Assembly (NCBI RefSeq): GCF_037042905.1
Contig: NC_087245.1
Location: 19,840,001 to 19,904,000, forward strand
Origin: Lytechinus pictus
Taxonomy: Eukaryota
DNA: 64,000 nt
Direction of reading: 5' to 3'
The translations under genes were made by a program, and so were the position numbers. Below, one piece after another: positions 25,701 to 40,700 of the stretch. Each line of letters starts with the position of its first letter. Position 1 is the first letter of the stretch. The notes under the pieces were generated by a model. That model did not search any database. It had not been told where the DNA came from and was given only the letters and a program-made list of their open reading frames with translations.

Positions 25701-28700
25701 AAATAATTCTGTCTGACAACTTCATAAAGAAAATTCGGAGAATGATTTTACAGTAAAAGAAGCGGTCATATACATTTCATAAACTCTCACATGAATAGTA
25801 GAACTTCAGATACCATTTCCTAACTGTACAATGCCACGGTTGAGACATACAGTACCTCGCACTTTCGTAGGTATATATACATAATATATATATATATATA
25901 TATATATACAGTCCATATGCAACTGACCATGAATCTGTAACTGTTAACACACTTGTTTTCCTCTCTTCATCTATTTTATCTTTCCTTCTTTCCTCATGCA
26001 TAATTGTAAAAGTCTTTTAAGTTTGCAATTCTCTATGTATTAGAGTTGGATTGTTTTGCAATGTATATTGTATTAATATGGATGCAGCAAATAAAAGAAT
26101 GAATAAATGAATATATTTAAATAAAGTTTCATTTCAAAGCTTTCTCTTAATCTCTCTTTATGCTTCACTTAACTTGTTTTGTTAATCAGCATGTAGAAAC
26201 TCAAAATTCCTCTATAACTTTTCATAATAGGTTTTAATTTTTGTATACTTCACCAACAATTATCCGGTATGTGTGAACATGCAAGAAATTAATGGGTGTG
26301 ACCTTGATATTGCTTGCCATATTCATTCATTTTGTGAAGATTGATGGCACCCTGTACATTGTAAATACATTACAAATATACCCATATTAAAATTTTTAAT
26401 ACATCAAATATTTTATATTATTTCCAAGACTTGACATAGGGTTCTAAATATCCATACAAACCTATAATAATCACTTCTTTTTACGATGCTCATTTTAACA
26501 ATTATGGGGTGGAAATTTATGATGGCTTTAGCAGAACAGCTCTTACATGATCTGTGTTTAAAGGAATAAAATCCTGCTCAGTCTAAATTAACCTCAACTG
26601 GGTTGAGTGCAGTACAATGGGTATGGATTTCTTACTGAAGGGAATTAATGCATACATTAGGATTTGAACCCATGACACTCTGATTAAGAGATGTGAATTA
26701 AAACCACTTCACCATAACATTTATAATGATTGTATGATGGTGTGTGTTATTGTTTCTTAAACTATATCCAAACAAAATATGGTTGCTCTGATTTAAGAAA
26801 AAAAAATTGTTCATTTACCTGAAAATTTAATCAGATATACACCCATATTTCATTATCTATGAACCTCCTTGCTTTCTTAACATTTCATTTATGTTACTAA
26901 ATATTATACTTAAAATTTCTTCTGGGGATATACAATGTGTATCCTACTATTTGCTTGCTTTAAGATAGCATGTTTTCACCTAATTTGTAACGGCAAGGAA
27001 AAAGGCACCACACCAGAAGCTCAATGGTTGGATAGACGGATAATTATAAATAAACACTGTAAAAAACCAATTCTCTGAGAAGAATGAAGTTATTGGTGTG
27101 ATAATGTACCAGTACGCAATTAATATATAATGCAAACTTGTATCCTATGCATTTGTTTCTGCTGTCTAATACTGCACAATTTTGGGATAAACAGGCCAAG
27201 TGGGACTCTAATAATTCCCATAATTGTAATTACTGAACAGCTCTATTGTCTATAGAGAATGATCGGACCCTTTCGGGATCAACCCATGCACGAATACTTT
27301 GCTTTAAGAGCGATCTGCAGATGGCAGGTACACGGAACAATCCACAATTACATTTAATTTCACAGACAAATGAAACTCCCAATGGCCTTGAGTGAAAAAT
27401 ACACATGGGTAATCAAGAGTGTAGAATGTTTTCTGCTTTTGAATGTTATATGTTAGCAATTAATCTACAGCATGTGTCCCAAAACTTTTTTTTATTTTGA
27501 GTTGAAAAACCGAAGGTTGGTCTTGTCCGATGCTAATCACCAGAGAGCTAATGAATTCTTTGTCGCTTCGTCAATGCCGAGGTCAATAAAAATATTTGGG
27601 ACTTTAAAGGATACATGCTATTTGTGAATAACCTCTACTTGCAATAAAGTAAGTGTGTAGATAATCTGAACATGTATGGTAGTGGATCGTATTACCGAAC
27701 ACTTTTCATGAATTCAATCATATCAAACACATTATTCTCATAAAATTCACCAAACTTTCACCATGAATACACAATTACCTACAAAATATAAATATGTAAA
27801 AAATTTGCCAAAATTGTTTTTCATTTTAATTATATATGTTTTAAATCGGACCCCTCTTCGCATGTGAAATATTTTGGTCACTTGAAAAAGGTATCGTATT
27901 ACCGAACGTGTGTTTTCTATGGGAAAAGTTGAGAAAACAACAAGATTACTGATGAGCTATTTTGACCATATTTTATTATTTTTAGAATTTCAAGACTTTG
28001 AAAATGTGTTTTCGACCATTTTTCATCACCTTTCTATTCAAGTTCCCTTTGGAAGGGTGTTGCAAACTTTTGAGCGTATGAAATTATTTTTTGATGCATA
28101 CGATACGCGCGTTCGGTAATACAAGGCCGATTGGTAATACAATCACTCACTATACATGTGAAAGTCTTTGAGCAAAAACCTAAAGCACATCCACATGAAA
28201 CTCCAAAAAATAAGTCTGACATAGCAACACACTTTTTTTGTGCAAATTTGATCCAAACGTGACTCATAGATTAAATAAATATATATATATATATGGATGT
28301 TTCTAGGTGCCCAATTTAAATTGTAAACGCATAAATTGTAATATTCTGTTGAAGCATTCTATCGTTCACTTCCTGGATGTATTCCTCTTTTAGAAAATGA
28401 ATTAAAAACATATCACAAGTCACCTATGTTTTCTTGTGAATGAAAAAGGAAAACAAAAATACTTTTCCATGTTTTAAATACTGGTGGTTATTACAGGTCA
28501 CTGGAGACATGAACAAACTATGAACTAGTCTATTGTTAACAATGAAATATTTTAATGCACACATCTTTGTTAAGTCATTAAGACTTTTTACTCTGCTTAT
28601 GAAAATAATTTTGCCAAAATTCATAATGTCATTTTCAAGCATCGAGTATTTGTCACAAATTCAGGTATTTGTTAATACATTATTTCTAATAGCAAGGAGG

Positions 28701-31700
28701 AAATCTAAAGGCCTATATCAATATACTGAAAAATTTTGATTAAAGTATCTGAAGTCAAGTTTGAAACTCCCCCTCTTATTCAATATGGAGTATATTATTG
28801 TCATATACAAAATAATATTCTGCTCTAAACGTCAGTGATGAAATTTATTAATAAAGATTTCCCTTCTTGCAAGATAAAAAAGTTGTTAAAAATTAAAATT
28901 CCATTTGAACTTTGAAGTGTTAGAAATTTTGGAATTAACATCAAACGATCTACAACTCAATACTCCTTTCTTTATGAACATTCCCTTCAGTTCCTACATG
29001 AACGTCCATGACCCATTTTCACCTCTTTTTAATGACCACTTAAAAATACATTTCTTTTGAAATAGCTTCACACAAAACCCCTCTCATCTTAATGAAACAC
29101 TATTGTATCATGCTTTTGATTTGCAGCGCCAATTTAACTAATTTACACAACGACTTATTGTTAATGAAACAATTCATATTTCAGAGGAAATGTGAGCAAA
29201 GTCTGTGTCCTGAATAAGATAATTAATAGATGAGGTATTCTTCCATGAATTGGCTTATGAGATAATCAACAAGGTCGATTACTATACAAATAAAAAGTTG
29301 ATCAAAGAAACCAGGTGAAATGAAAGCTTGTAGTAATTAGTTAGTGTCTGATCATGCAGAGTACATTGTTACACATTCATAATAGAAGCAGCTTGTTAAT
29401 ATAAGTGGTTCTGGTGTAAGATTAATCTTTATATTACAAGTTATCAATTTGAAAGGTATTCATGAAAATTTAATTTTCTCAGGGGCAAAGAATTGGGGAT
29501 TTAGCTTTTTACACCTTAACGTCACAGCAATTAGCAGAGGTGTTGCGGCTCAGTGGAAAAGTCTCCTGACTTTGAACCACAAGGTCTGGGGTTTGAATAC
29601 TTCCGCAGCACTCGCGTCCTTTGGCAAGGCGTTTATCTACATTTGCCACTCTCCACCCAGGTGTGGTAAATGAGTACCCGGTAGGAAAGAATTCCTTGAA
29701 TGCTCGAGCACCCGAACAAGGTGGCCATGCTAAAACCGGGTTAAAAGTATGCACTGCTTAGATACATTGTAGTAATCACAATATATTTTAATTATTAAAG
29801 GGGAATCCAGCCTTGGCCATAAAATGTTGTGTTGGGAAGGAGAAAAATAAATTAAACAGAATGGTGAAAGTTTGAAAGAAATCGGACAAGCATTAAGAAA
29901 GTTATAGCTGCTTTAAAATTGAGATCACTAATACTATGTAGATTTCAAATTGGCAACTGAGTGAGTAAATTATGACAAGGGGCAAGGACAACTTTCCCAT
30001 AGGCCATGTACTTTATTATCAGGGATTTGTGGTTTTCTCCTAAGTACCCATTCCCCTGGGGCAGTAATCTAAATATTACCCAGGTAGTATATTGTTTTAT
30101 GTCCTCATGAAAGAAAAATATAATTTGAAATAAAACTTTTGGGAAAAATGACATTTTAGCCAAAATATATATTGGAGTTCATGGAAGAGTAGTCCTCGCC
30201 TTACATCACTATGACATCCCATATGCGGCCAATTTTAAGTCTCCATGGGTATAGTGATTACCAATATTTACAACTGTAAAAATTCATAACTTTCTTGTTG
30301 TTTGTCCAATATTGTTCAAACTTTCACCTATCAACTTGTCTGATTTTTCTTTTCCCTATAAAAACAAGTTTTTATTTGGGTTGGATTCCCCTTTAATAAA
30401 AAAAAATTATCCAAAAGATTAGTGTACAATTTCAACATGAATATGCCAATTTGAACACACCAAGTGTTATTCCAAAATCAAGAACTTTACAGTCATCGAG
30501 GACTGTAACACAAAGCTTGCTGTCTAATCACAAAGTTCTTTTGTACAATTAATTGCACATGATGAACAATGCAACTGATTTCAAACATCAGCCACATCAT
30601 TCAATTAAAACTTTGTGTAGCCAGACTCAGAACAAGAGGTAATGGCTTGGTCACAAATACCATTAATAAACACTATACAAATGCCGCACAAATGATTGTA
30701 AGAACAGTACAAGAACCATGTAAGGTTTTGTACCATTGAGAGACAATTCTAGAAGTCTTGAATTCTTACAATGATCGTAAGAACACCTGAAGTTGTTCAA
30801 AGAGGGCTGGCGTTCATATGAAATGAGATATGTATGGTGCTCTTACAAATGACTCATGGGGTTCTGTCTGGTAGTTCAGACAAACTCATTGCATATTTTA
30901 TGCTGACTTTGTTACAATTCAATAGGCCTTACTTCACTTCCATTTCTGAACCTACAGTTATGAATGAATGAAATATTCATAACACGAAAAAAAATTTACC
31001 AAATTCTGGATTTTATATGGCAAAACACTTTAATTATCATCTCAGACTGCTTGGTATTTTGTGTTAAACAAATGCTCTTTTAAGTTTTACGATTCTTGAA
31101 TCACCTAATAATAATAGGGCAAAAAATTTAAATTTTATTTTTTTCTCCGTGAACATGATCATTGGAGTAATTCTGCAAGTGATAGCAAACTTTATATTGA
31201 TTTCTTCTCATGATATTTATTGAAAAAGAACTTAACTTAGTAAAAATTAAAAGATATAATAAGATATATCTGATGGAGACAGAGTTCTTTATAGGCCTAA
31301 GTTTATTGGCTCCCCTTAATATTTTTACTATCAAAATTGTATTTCGTCTTCTTTTAACTCCTTATCTCTGGAGTATTTGTTATAAACAGAACAAACAAGT
31401 AACTCTCCCTTTTCAAATGCTATAACTTAGTTATAAAAAAATAATTGAACAAAATGATTTAGAAGAAATATTGCTTCCCTAATTTACAATTTCTGTATAA
31501 AGTCATGCGTGAGTCAGCATGCACTAAATACAAAAAAAATTAATTTAGAATTAAGCTCATTGGAAGAATTAGGATCAAATATTGTTAGCAAATGTATCTT
31601 CATAAGTTATATAAATATGAGAGACTATAACAATTTCATGGCTGAGTGAGTACACTTAATTATTAAAGTAAATGTAACAATTTTTTGTCATTCAAGATTA

Positions 31701-34700
31701 GTTTAAAATAAAAACATAATGGTATTCTGAAAAAGGGGGTTAACATTTTGTTCAGCATATTCAATATTTACATATTTTGTATTAAAGCACTGTTTAAGAT
31801 GGTTCCATGACATTTTCTCTGGCGACAATTGCTCAGATGGAAAATCTGCAGGTTACACCAAATACATAATCTCACCTCCATAACTAAATAAACCCTAATC
31901 CTTATCTTTACATTATTCTGAACCAAAAACTATTACAATCTTAACTCTAACCTCTATGCCCTCTGAGATATTAAGACCGGATCAATTGTCCAGGAGCAAA
32001 TGTCGTGCCACCCTAAGGTGAACTAAGTTGAACTGGATAAAAGCTTTTTGCAGTGTTCGGAAGTAAAAATGAATAAAAAATATTAATGTTTCATAATCAC
32101 TTAAATTTGTCATAACCGTGTAATAAAAGCTGTCACATCTTTGCTATTACCAAATCATAAGAAGCCTTCTTGATTCACCTATTTCATTTCTACCAATATA
32201 TTTTAATTGTTTATTTCCCATATAAACAATACAACTTAAATATCCCAATTCTAATTTCATTTTCAATTATGAGGCATTCACTAACATCTTTGAGTAAACA
32301 AATGAATGTCAATATATTTTGAATAAGCCTTTTGGAGAAGTCAATATGTCTGACTGCAGCATATTTTATCACCTAACAAAAAATATCTGTCTCCAAATTC
32401 ATCTACTATAAATCATGATTGTTTCCGCCATAAAGTGCTACTACATAGACAGTGGTTCTTGGTGATTGACTCAAAGGTCTTGTCATCCAGCTTGTTGAAA
32501 TGCAAAATTTATGAACCACTGCATTAATAACAAGTAACTTATTTAAAGATAAAAACAACAACAACAAAAAAGGATATACATAAAATGCATAAAATGATTT
32601 AAAAACATGAAATAAGAGCATTAAAGTATAGGTAAGTCAGCTACTGAGAGGTAAAAAAATGAAAGAGAAAGAAATCTCTGGGTACAGATGGGTTACATGA
32701 CTTTGTGACCAAAAAATGATGATGGGCACACAAACAGAAAAGATAAACGAGGGAGGAGTTTTGGATGATGTCATGAATAATTGATGCCAGGTTTCTCAAT
32801 TACGGCTTTTCATTAAGAGCCCAGCCTATGATATATTCATCAGGCGAAGTGCAACGAAAACCGGGTTCATGGTCGCCGTCGAAGGCTACTCTTTCCAAGA
32901 GCGGGAGGCCATGCTGTGTGGAGTTTGAGATCGGGTTTTCCAGACAACCTGTTGGTGAGTGTCCCGAGAGAGGGGCCAGTATGAGGCAACATGACATGAA
33001 ATTCACAGGAGCCTGACATTCCAAAGGGGAGAAATAAGACCAATTCCTTGTAAACTGGAGCTCCAACATTACTGAGTACTCTTACTTGTAATTCATGCAA
33101 ATAATGAACAGGGCATAAAGATTGAGCAGGATGTTAAGTCAGAGGCAATGATGCGAGTAAATGTAATTATGATGGAGGATGAAATATTGATGAAAATCAG
33201 ATATTAAAATTATTTAAAGGGGAAATCTATAGCTAACATTAAAGACCTTGTTGGTTGATCCAATACAAATGTGTTTACAGCAAAAAACATAATGATGAAT
33301 TGAGAATTCATTTTTGATGTGTCATGCTACACACACAGATGTATGTCCACATCAACAGCTATCTTGCATTGTATTTTTTCATATACCTTATGAAAAGATA
33401 TTGTTTTTTATAAACAAGATTTTAGACTTTTTATATCAGCAATAATGACAGCCAACATGAATAACAAATTACCACGCTTTTCCCCCCAATGATTCCCTAT
33501 TCATGGGACAACATTTAGTTGTGTTCTGAATAGAATTTGTGAAATATCATTTCATTACAAAAAGATCATCCACTGACATTGATTTTTCATCTTCACTTAA
33601 CAAGCTTAAACACAGGTCTTATATACAACAGAAAGATATAAAAGATGGTCGAAACCAACTATTTAATTGCTCTTAAACACCATCACTTTGAAAATTATAC
33701 CAAATGAAATGTAAAATTAAAGTGTTGTTCTATATTTCCTGAATGCTGCAGTCACATTACCCCTCTGGTGCCCGCATGGTGAGTCAAACACAGCTGTTTT
33801 ATTCAAACCACCTATATGTAGCTGGTACAAAAATGTTAACATGGCTGTTTTTTACTTGCGGTACTGCCACTGTAGGGGAAATGTGACGGCGCCATTAGGA
33901 AGTTAAGCCCAATTAGAATTATAAAAAAACACATGAGTTTGATTATTTTATTTGACAGAATTTGTATGATTTCTTTAGCACAAGGAAAGGTATATTGCAG
34001 GTGCATTTAATATTTCATCTTTCTAACCTTGATATAATGGCCATGAGACAATGAGAATTATTACATTTCAGCTGCAATCTACGGTAACAAACCAATATTA
34101 CTGATCAAATGAAATGAGGCAAATTTTCACCAGCATCAGTTAAGGAATTCTTGTATTTGGGAAAGTATCACCTTTTTCTTGCATTCACAATATAGACACT
34201 GTCTACTACAATGAGTTCCTATAACTATTTTTTCCTTCTTTATAAATCAATTATCAACTCTAGGTTAGCCTTTGTGACTTGCAAATTTTACTCTAGACAT
34301 TTAATTCTATAATTTTTACCTATAAAAATATTGACATAAAAATCACTGTTGGGTTTGGTTAAAAAGTCAGGAAGTAAACAAGAAATAATAACTCTTAATG
34401 AATAAATGTTTGAAATAAAATTTGTTCCTACTAAGAGCTTTGGAAAGTAAATGTTCAATTTACATTATCTATTTCTTCCAGATATTTTCAGTTCTGTAGG
34501 TTTTTAAAAGGGATAATGCAGACACATCTCAAATTTATCGTTCCGAAACAGTTGAATCAGTACAAAACAATAGAAACCACATCATCTATTATTCAAAGGG
34601 TACAAATGCCAGATGGATTTAGGAGGGGCAGCGCAAGAGTATTTTGATGTGAGTGTGGGGGGGGGGAACTGTAAGCAAGAGTAAATGAATTATAAATAAA

Positions 34701-37700
34701 ACAACAAGGTTGCTATATAGATATTGGACAACCAAGCCTTCTTCTCTCCCATACCCTTGTTTTCAGCGGTGGTTGCCCCCTTCCCCTACCTGACCGGTTT
34801 ACCAACATTGCATAGAAGTTGGCTTTAATGGGGATGAGAATAGATCATTAATTAACCATTAATACTATAGAATCATTTAGAAAACTCACATTTCCTTCCT
34901 ATTGGGTTATTTTCAGTCTTGCAGGGCTGCAGCGCTTTATTAAAACCATCAAAGTTCAGGGTTACAACTCTATCACAATAAATGTCAATTTAGACCGGAA
35001 AATTTTGTAATAAAGGCCAAGGTAACATCCCGACCCCTCCTGTCTTTTTCCTGTAAATGCTACTTGGATTTTAGTTGGATTTTTTTAGTCCATTAAAATA
35101 ATACGGGTAATTATCACATAAATCAGTGTCAACACCTCCAAAATGATGTTGAAACTGAACTAAATTGAGATTTACTCCAATTCATCTTGAACTATGAAAG
35201 TAAGCATCAACAACTTTGCTCTGAGCCAATCAAACGCAATTCGGCCCTCAGAACTTCTCCATCTGGCCAGTGACACTTTGCTGAATTTTTATTTTTTTAA
35301 ATCACTTATATGTCACTATATGAAACATGCCTCAATATTATTATATTGTGTGTCCACGCAACTGAAATAAAACTAATGGCAGTCAAAATAATATGGCTTT
35401 CAAAAAAAGTTCAGTGAGTTTTGAGTTGTTTCTGCCGGTTCTTCTTTGTTATTTGATGTCATAGAAGTCCCTAACTAACTCAGTCTGGCCAGCTATTGAA
35501 AAACAAAATTATGATTACTACTGGCTTTCACTGAATTTTGAAATCTGGTCTAAGTTTGCCTGTATTTTTTCATATAAAACTGTTATGAATTTTTTGGATA
35601 AAATTCTCACAAAATTAAATTGCACAAGAGAACATCTAGAACCCCTAAGCCTCAAGGGCCGTAAGTGGGACCTGTACGCCAGCAGCAAGGGACTTTCTGT
35701 TCCACACTTGCTCATAAGTTAAGGCATTACAAGTAGGGGTTATCTAAAGTGAAAGTCAGATAAACTAATCATACTGGTAGATTGGGTAGGAAACATCAGA
35801 ATGTTAAATCTTTGATCTTCTGAAAAGGTTCAATCATAAATTCATGATCGTTAACCAATGAATGAAATGATAAATACCAGCATAAAAATGGCTGGTGTAG
35901 GCCCCTTCATATAAATATAAACACTTTATAAGACTTGACTTTCATTTTTTTTACCGCACTGAAGTTGGTTGTTCTGTCGAGAAAGAAGAAAGAAATCAGT
36001 TCCAAAGCTTCGCATATTTTTCGTTACGCCCACAATGATCTGCTACAATTAGCTGCATTTTTGGTGAAAAGCGGCCGCAGAGCGCTGTCTGACCATCGCC
36101 TCTGCGCGAGCGCACCCGGCGCCCGTGCCGCCGGACTAGCTGCATGCACGTATGCCCGTTCCATAGGGATGCATACGCACTCACACGCAGGCAACCCGTT
36201 CCAAGGACCCTCGTTTTCACAAACATTTGTAGTTCCGAAGCCCGTTCCAAGGACCCTCCTTTTTACAATATGCCCGCTCCAGAGCCTCCGTTTTTTGTCT
36301 CGCCCACGGCACATACCTACCACTTTTTTGGCCGAGTACCCCCCCCCCCCCCCCCCCCCGGGACCTACTCGAGATGATCGGGGCAGAGCTGCCAAGTTGT
36401 ATTTTGCATTTTCAGTATTCTTATCCCTCAAAATCAGTATTTTTACCGTATGAGATATATATGCAGACCTGCCAACCTCTGGGAATGAAAAACTGTATTC
36501 TGTGATTAAAAAAAATGTATTTTTCCCTAAAAAAAGTGTATTTCATAATAAAATGCTTGGCGCACTCGCTCATCGCGGCGCTCAAGCTGCATTCAAGCTA
36601 AAATGCGCACTGCTCTTGCAGATGAAAAAAACAACATAAAAACATGTGTATATCTCCACCCTGGTTTTAACAAAATGATTGAAAAAAAAAACAAGTTACC
36701 TGAAATAACATTGATCTAATAACCATATTTGTGTATGTTTTATGAAATAGAGACATATAGAGATTATTTTTCTCAATAAATTACGATTTAGTAAAAAATA
36801 AATAAAAAAAAAGTATTTTCCAAAGAAAAAACGTACTGCCGTATTTTGGTTGCAAAAACGTACTAAATACGGCTAAAACATACTGGTTGGCAGGTCTGCC
36901 AGGGGCACGTTCATCAGGAGTTGCAATCAAACGTAACTTGATCAACCAATCAGAAGCCTGTATTTGGGACTTGCATTTGATTTTGTGAGTTGTGATTAAA
37001 TGTGACTCTACCTGCAACAGTCTCTAGGGTTTGAGATACATACTCCTCTACCTTGGAACACAAATGTTGTGACAAATAGATTGCAAAGCAAACATGACCA
37101 ATTATAAGCATTCATGAATCCGGGGGGGGGGGGGGGGGAATCAAATTATATTTTCATGGGGGTGTGCCTCACAAATTCCTGAAATGGGGGTCTAAGGAAC
37201 TGACCACACGGGTAATATACGGGGTCTTGGGAACTAAATATATACTGGGCAATGTGAAAAACAGGGTCTGCGGAACGGGATTGTGGTACAGTAGGTACGG
37301 TGCACGCTAGCACTTTGCATGTAGATGTGGGCACTAGCAGTGCATGGAGCTGCTAACGGAGGGAGTCGTGAAGCCATGCATGCAGCTCGCGTTGGACAAT
37401 TTTGGCAGGGCAAGGGAACTGAGGTGTTTCGTAACGGGGGTCTTGCGAGCGGGGCGGCTTCTGAATGGAACTTTTGTCATTCGGAGTATCTAGAGAACTG
37501 AAAGTTAGGTCTGAAAAAGGGGGCCATCAAAGCAGCACGTCCCCTTACCACCAATGAGTGCCCCCCCCCCCCCGGGTGTTGAATATGCATTTTGTTCAAA
37601 ACACATTCCAGTAACCAATGTGAATTGCCATTTCAAATGTGCAATTGATCACAAATCATTGTGATACAGGCCTACAGGGGCCTGGTCATCTACTTCTCTC

Positions 37701-40700
37701 ATCGGAACTGAGGACATAAGACAATCACACCTGCACGTTTCCAAATCATCCAGTTATTTCTGATCCAGCAAAACATCCCAATTTAGAACGAGCTGCAGAT
37801 AATTTCTAATGAAGATGCAATCAATTTTGTTTTTTCGATAAGCTTCGAATCTCAAGATTACAATTGGGAGTCAACTCAAGGCTTTTATGGAAAATAGCAT
37901 TGGTTTACAGCAAGTTTTCCAACCCAATTCTCAGGGGAGGACATGCCTCAAGCTCAAGTGAGAATCCCTGATTCAGAGTTTCTTGAACCCCAAGATTAAT
38001 CAGAGAGGACTAATTTGACTACAATCTTGAGAAAGGACAAACTCTGACTTTTGATGGGCTGACCATTTGACCATTGCTTAATGGTGGCCTCCTGAATTAT
38101 GCAACTCCCTAAATAAAGGGAAAGACAAAGAAAAATAAATGTGCTCCAGTTTACAGGAAAGGGGGTGTTAACACAATTTGTTTTAATCTTGGCAATATCT
38201 GGTGTAGCTACAATCATGGACCTATTGCTACAATAGAGTCATTACAATTCCTACACCCAGACAAAAATAATAGAGGATGAGAGGAGATATTAATTTCAAA
38301 AGATCTCAGGCGACATCAAATTACGTTTTAATAAACATTATCATCCACTTTAGAAAATATACAAAATACCAGCACAAGTATAGCTTGCGTGTACGTAAAA
38401 AGTTCAAGGATATGCTGGGTTGATTTTAACCTAATCGAATGTCAAAAAAGGTTTTTACTTTCAGTACAAAAATGACAAAACGAAATACTTTTTGTTATAT
38501 ATCAGTGATAGTTCTGAAAACATTTGTGTGTGTCTGACCATGCACTGGTACAACAATGTGACTAAAATGTCTATAAAACAAGAAAAGAAACAGAGCATTT
38601 GCTTACTACTACAAAAGAGTAGAGGAAAATGGTATAGATTTCAAAGAGAAACACTGCAGAAAGGGAAATTATGAAATATTGTTAATATGATTCCGACGAG
38701 GTGACTTGTGTCTTTGAGTAACATCATTCATTTTGTGTTCCAATCATACTTATTGTTTTTATTGCCCTTTTGGCATACTGTATGAAAAGTGGGAAGATTT
38801 CACATCAAAAAAGCCAAGAGATGAAGTAAAAATTTTTTGGGGGGAGAAGAAATATTTCCCTAATACAAGAGCTTGTACATGTACATCATTTATTAATTTG
38901 CTGACATTGAGGTGGTATAACCAGCATACTGATTAGACATGGTTCCAAAAGTCTGCGCCGCGTCTTTTAGTAGGAATCTTGCTAAGGAACTATTATGCTT
39001 TTCACACTGCACATATTTTCCACAACCCCGGATATTGGTGAGGCTCAGGGGGGAGGGGGGGGGGGGTTAAGCTTAGCCCACTTCGGTTTCACGCTATACG
39101 TTTTAGCAAAGTGGGTTAGCACGATAAATAGTGCAGTACTATCTGGCCCTGCAAAAAAGCAGGGTTAGCCGGCTTTAATATTGCGGTGCTAAGACATGCA
39201 GTGTGAAACGAAACCGGGCTAAGCGTTAGCCAATGACAGAAGTCAAAACTGCGCGTTAATCATACTCTGTGTGGCAAAATCATCGATATTCATGAGCTGT
39301 GCGATAGTCCGGTTTAAGGATAGTACGGGGTTAAGGAAATACAGAGTGAAAGGCATTGATGCATCTTTCACACAAGTTTTCTCAAATTCCCCATTGCTTT
39401 GTCTACGATGAAATGTGAAGATAAAAGATGAAAAGATGCTTTGCAGGATTGCTGTGAGTGAGACAGTGCTCTGACTTTTGCCTGCCTTAGGATTAGGGGT
39501 GGAGGCTTATGGGGTTGGAGGATGAGGAGGTTGGAGGATGCAGCATGGGTTGGTATGAGAGAGGGATTTTACGTACCATCTTTTGACATTCCAACGCCAA
39601 GACATTTTTTCCACCTGCAGAGTTGACACTGATTTCTCGTGTAGAGGGATATCTCACATTGTCCATTATTTGAACATGTGTAGGATTCATGTTGGTTGAG
39701 ACTCCGCCTGAAGAATCCCTGCAATGGATATAAAAATACATCAAAGAAAAGAATATATAACTGAAATAACAAGAATATTCTATTCTTATGTAGTTCATTA
39801 TACATTGGAACAGTGTCTATCAGCACGATCATTATTTAGGAAATTATTTGATTTGATTCAACTATCAAAGACAGTTGACGAAGAAAAAAAAAAAAAATCG
39901 AAATTGATATTGGAAAGAGCCAATGTTATAAAGTGTTTGGCATGCATCATTTTTAATTGACTATTTCTCCACTGAGAATGGCAATTTGAATGTATCAAAA
40001 ATTGACATACAAATTTGATATTTAGAAAAAAATTAGACTTCAATTCAATTTCAATTCAATTTTCATTTTATTCAATCATTTAAAAATCAATATACAAACC
40101 AAAATATATAAAAAAAAATCATACATGAATGTAACAGTATAGTGTAAAGTGACTTGAAATGCTACTTCAGGAACTTTTATGAAAATCAAAGACTTTACGA
40201 AGGAATCACATTCACACAGGGATAGAACAAAATAATGAGGTAATAGGGAAGACCCCAAGGCCATTACATAAGTTACTATTATAGTAACTTCACCCTCCAA
40301 TGGTACATTCTATGGAATCCTTGATTTTGATTGGCTGTTGATGTGACTATGGTAATTACCACTAGAAAGCAAGGTTATGATATTGGTATCTATTTGTGCT
40401 TAAAGGTGTGGTTCTGTTTGAAAATATATTTTGAATGAAACATATATATGAGAAGTGTGAGATTTTTATAATGAAATAATGCTGACAGTCGTGACAATGG
40501 GGGAAGGGGGGGGGCATATATTCTCTCAAAACAAAATCAAGGGAGTAGAATCAAACCACTTTTTACGACACTAACTTTTATAAATCTTATTTACAATTGG
40601 ACTCATCAAAATTTGTATCCTCCTTAAGTGTTTTCAGCTAAGTCTTGCACATTACTATATTTACTTCATATATATTGTACTCTTAGTGTAATCTTTGAAT

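Noticed and set aside
29537-29610. tRNA gene
   Set aside because: Degenerate A/B boxes continue into a SINE core found elsewhere in the window; no intact cloverleaf.
32800-33069. 89-aa minus-strand ORF as an extra receptor exon
   Set aside because: The only nearby donor-like site (CC|GTAATT) is phase 2, whereas the downstream acceptor needs phase 1; no homology.
35935-36453. Overlapping 172-aa and 135-aa ORFs
   Set aside because: They lie in a GC-rich interspersed repeat with poly-C; no domain or splice support.
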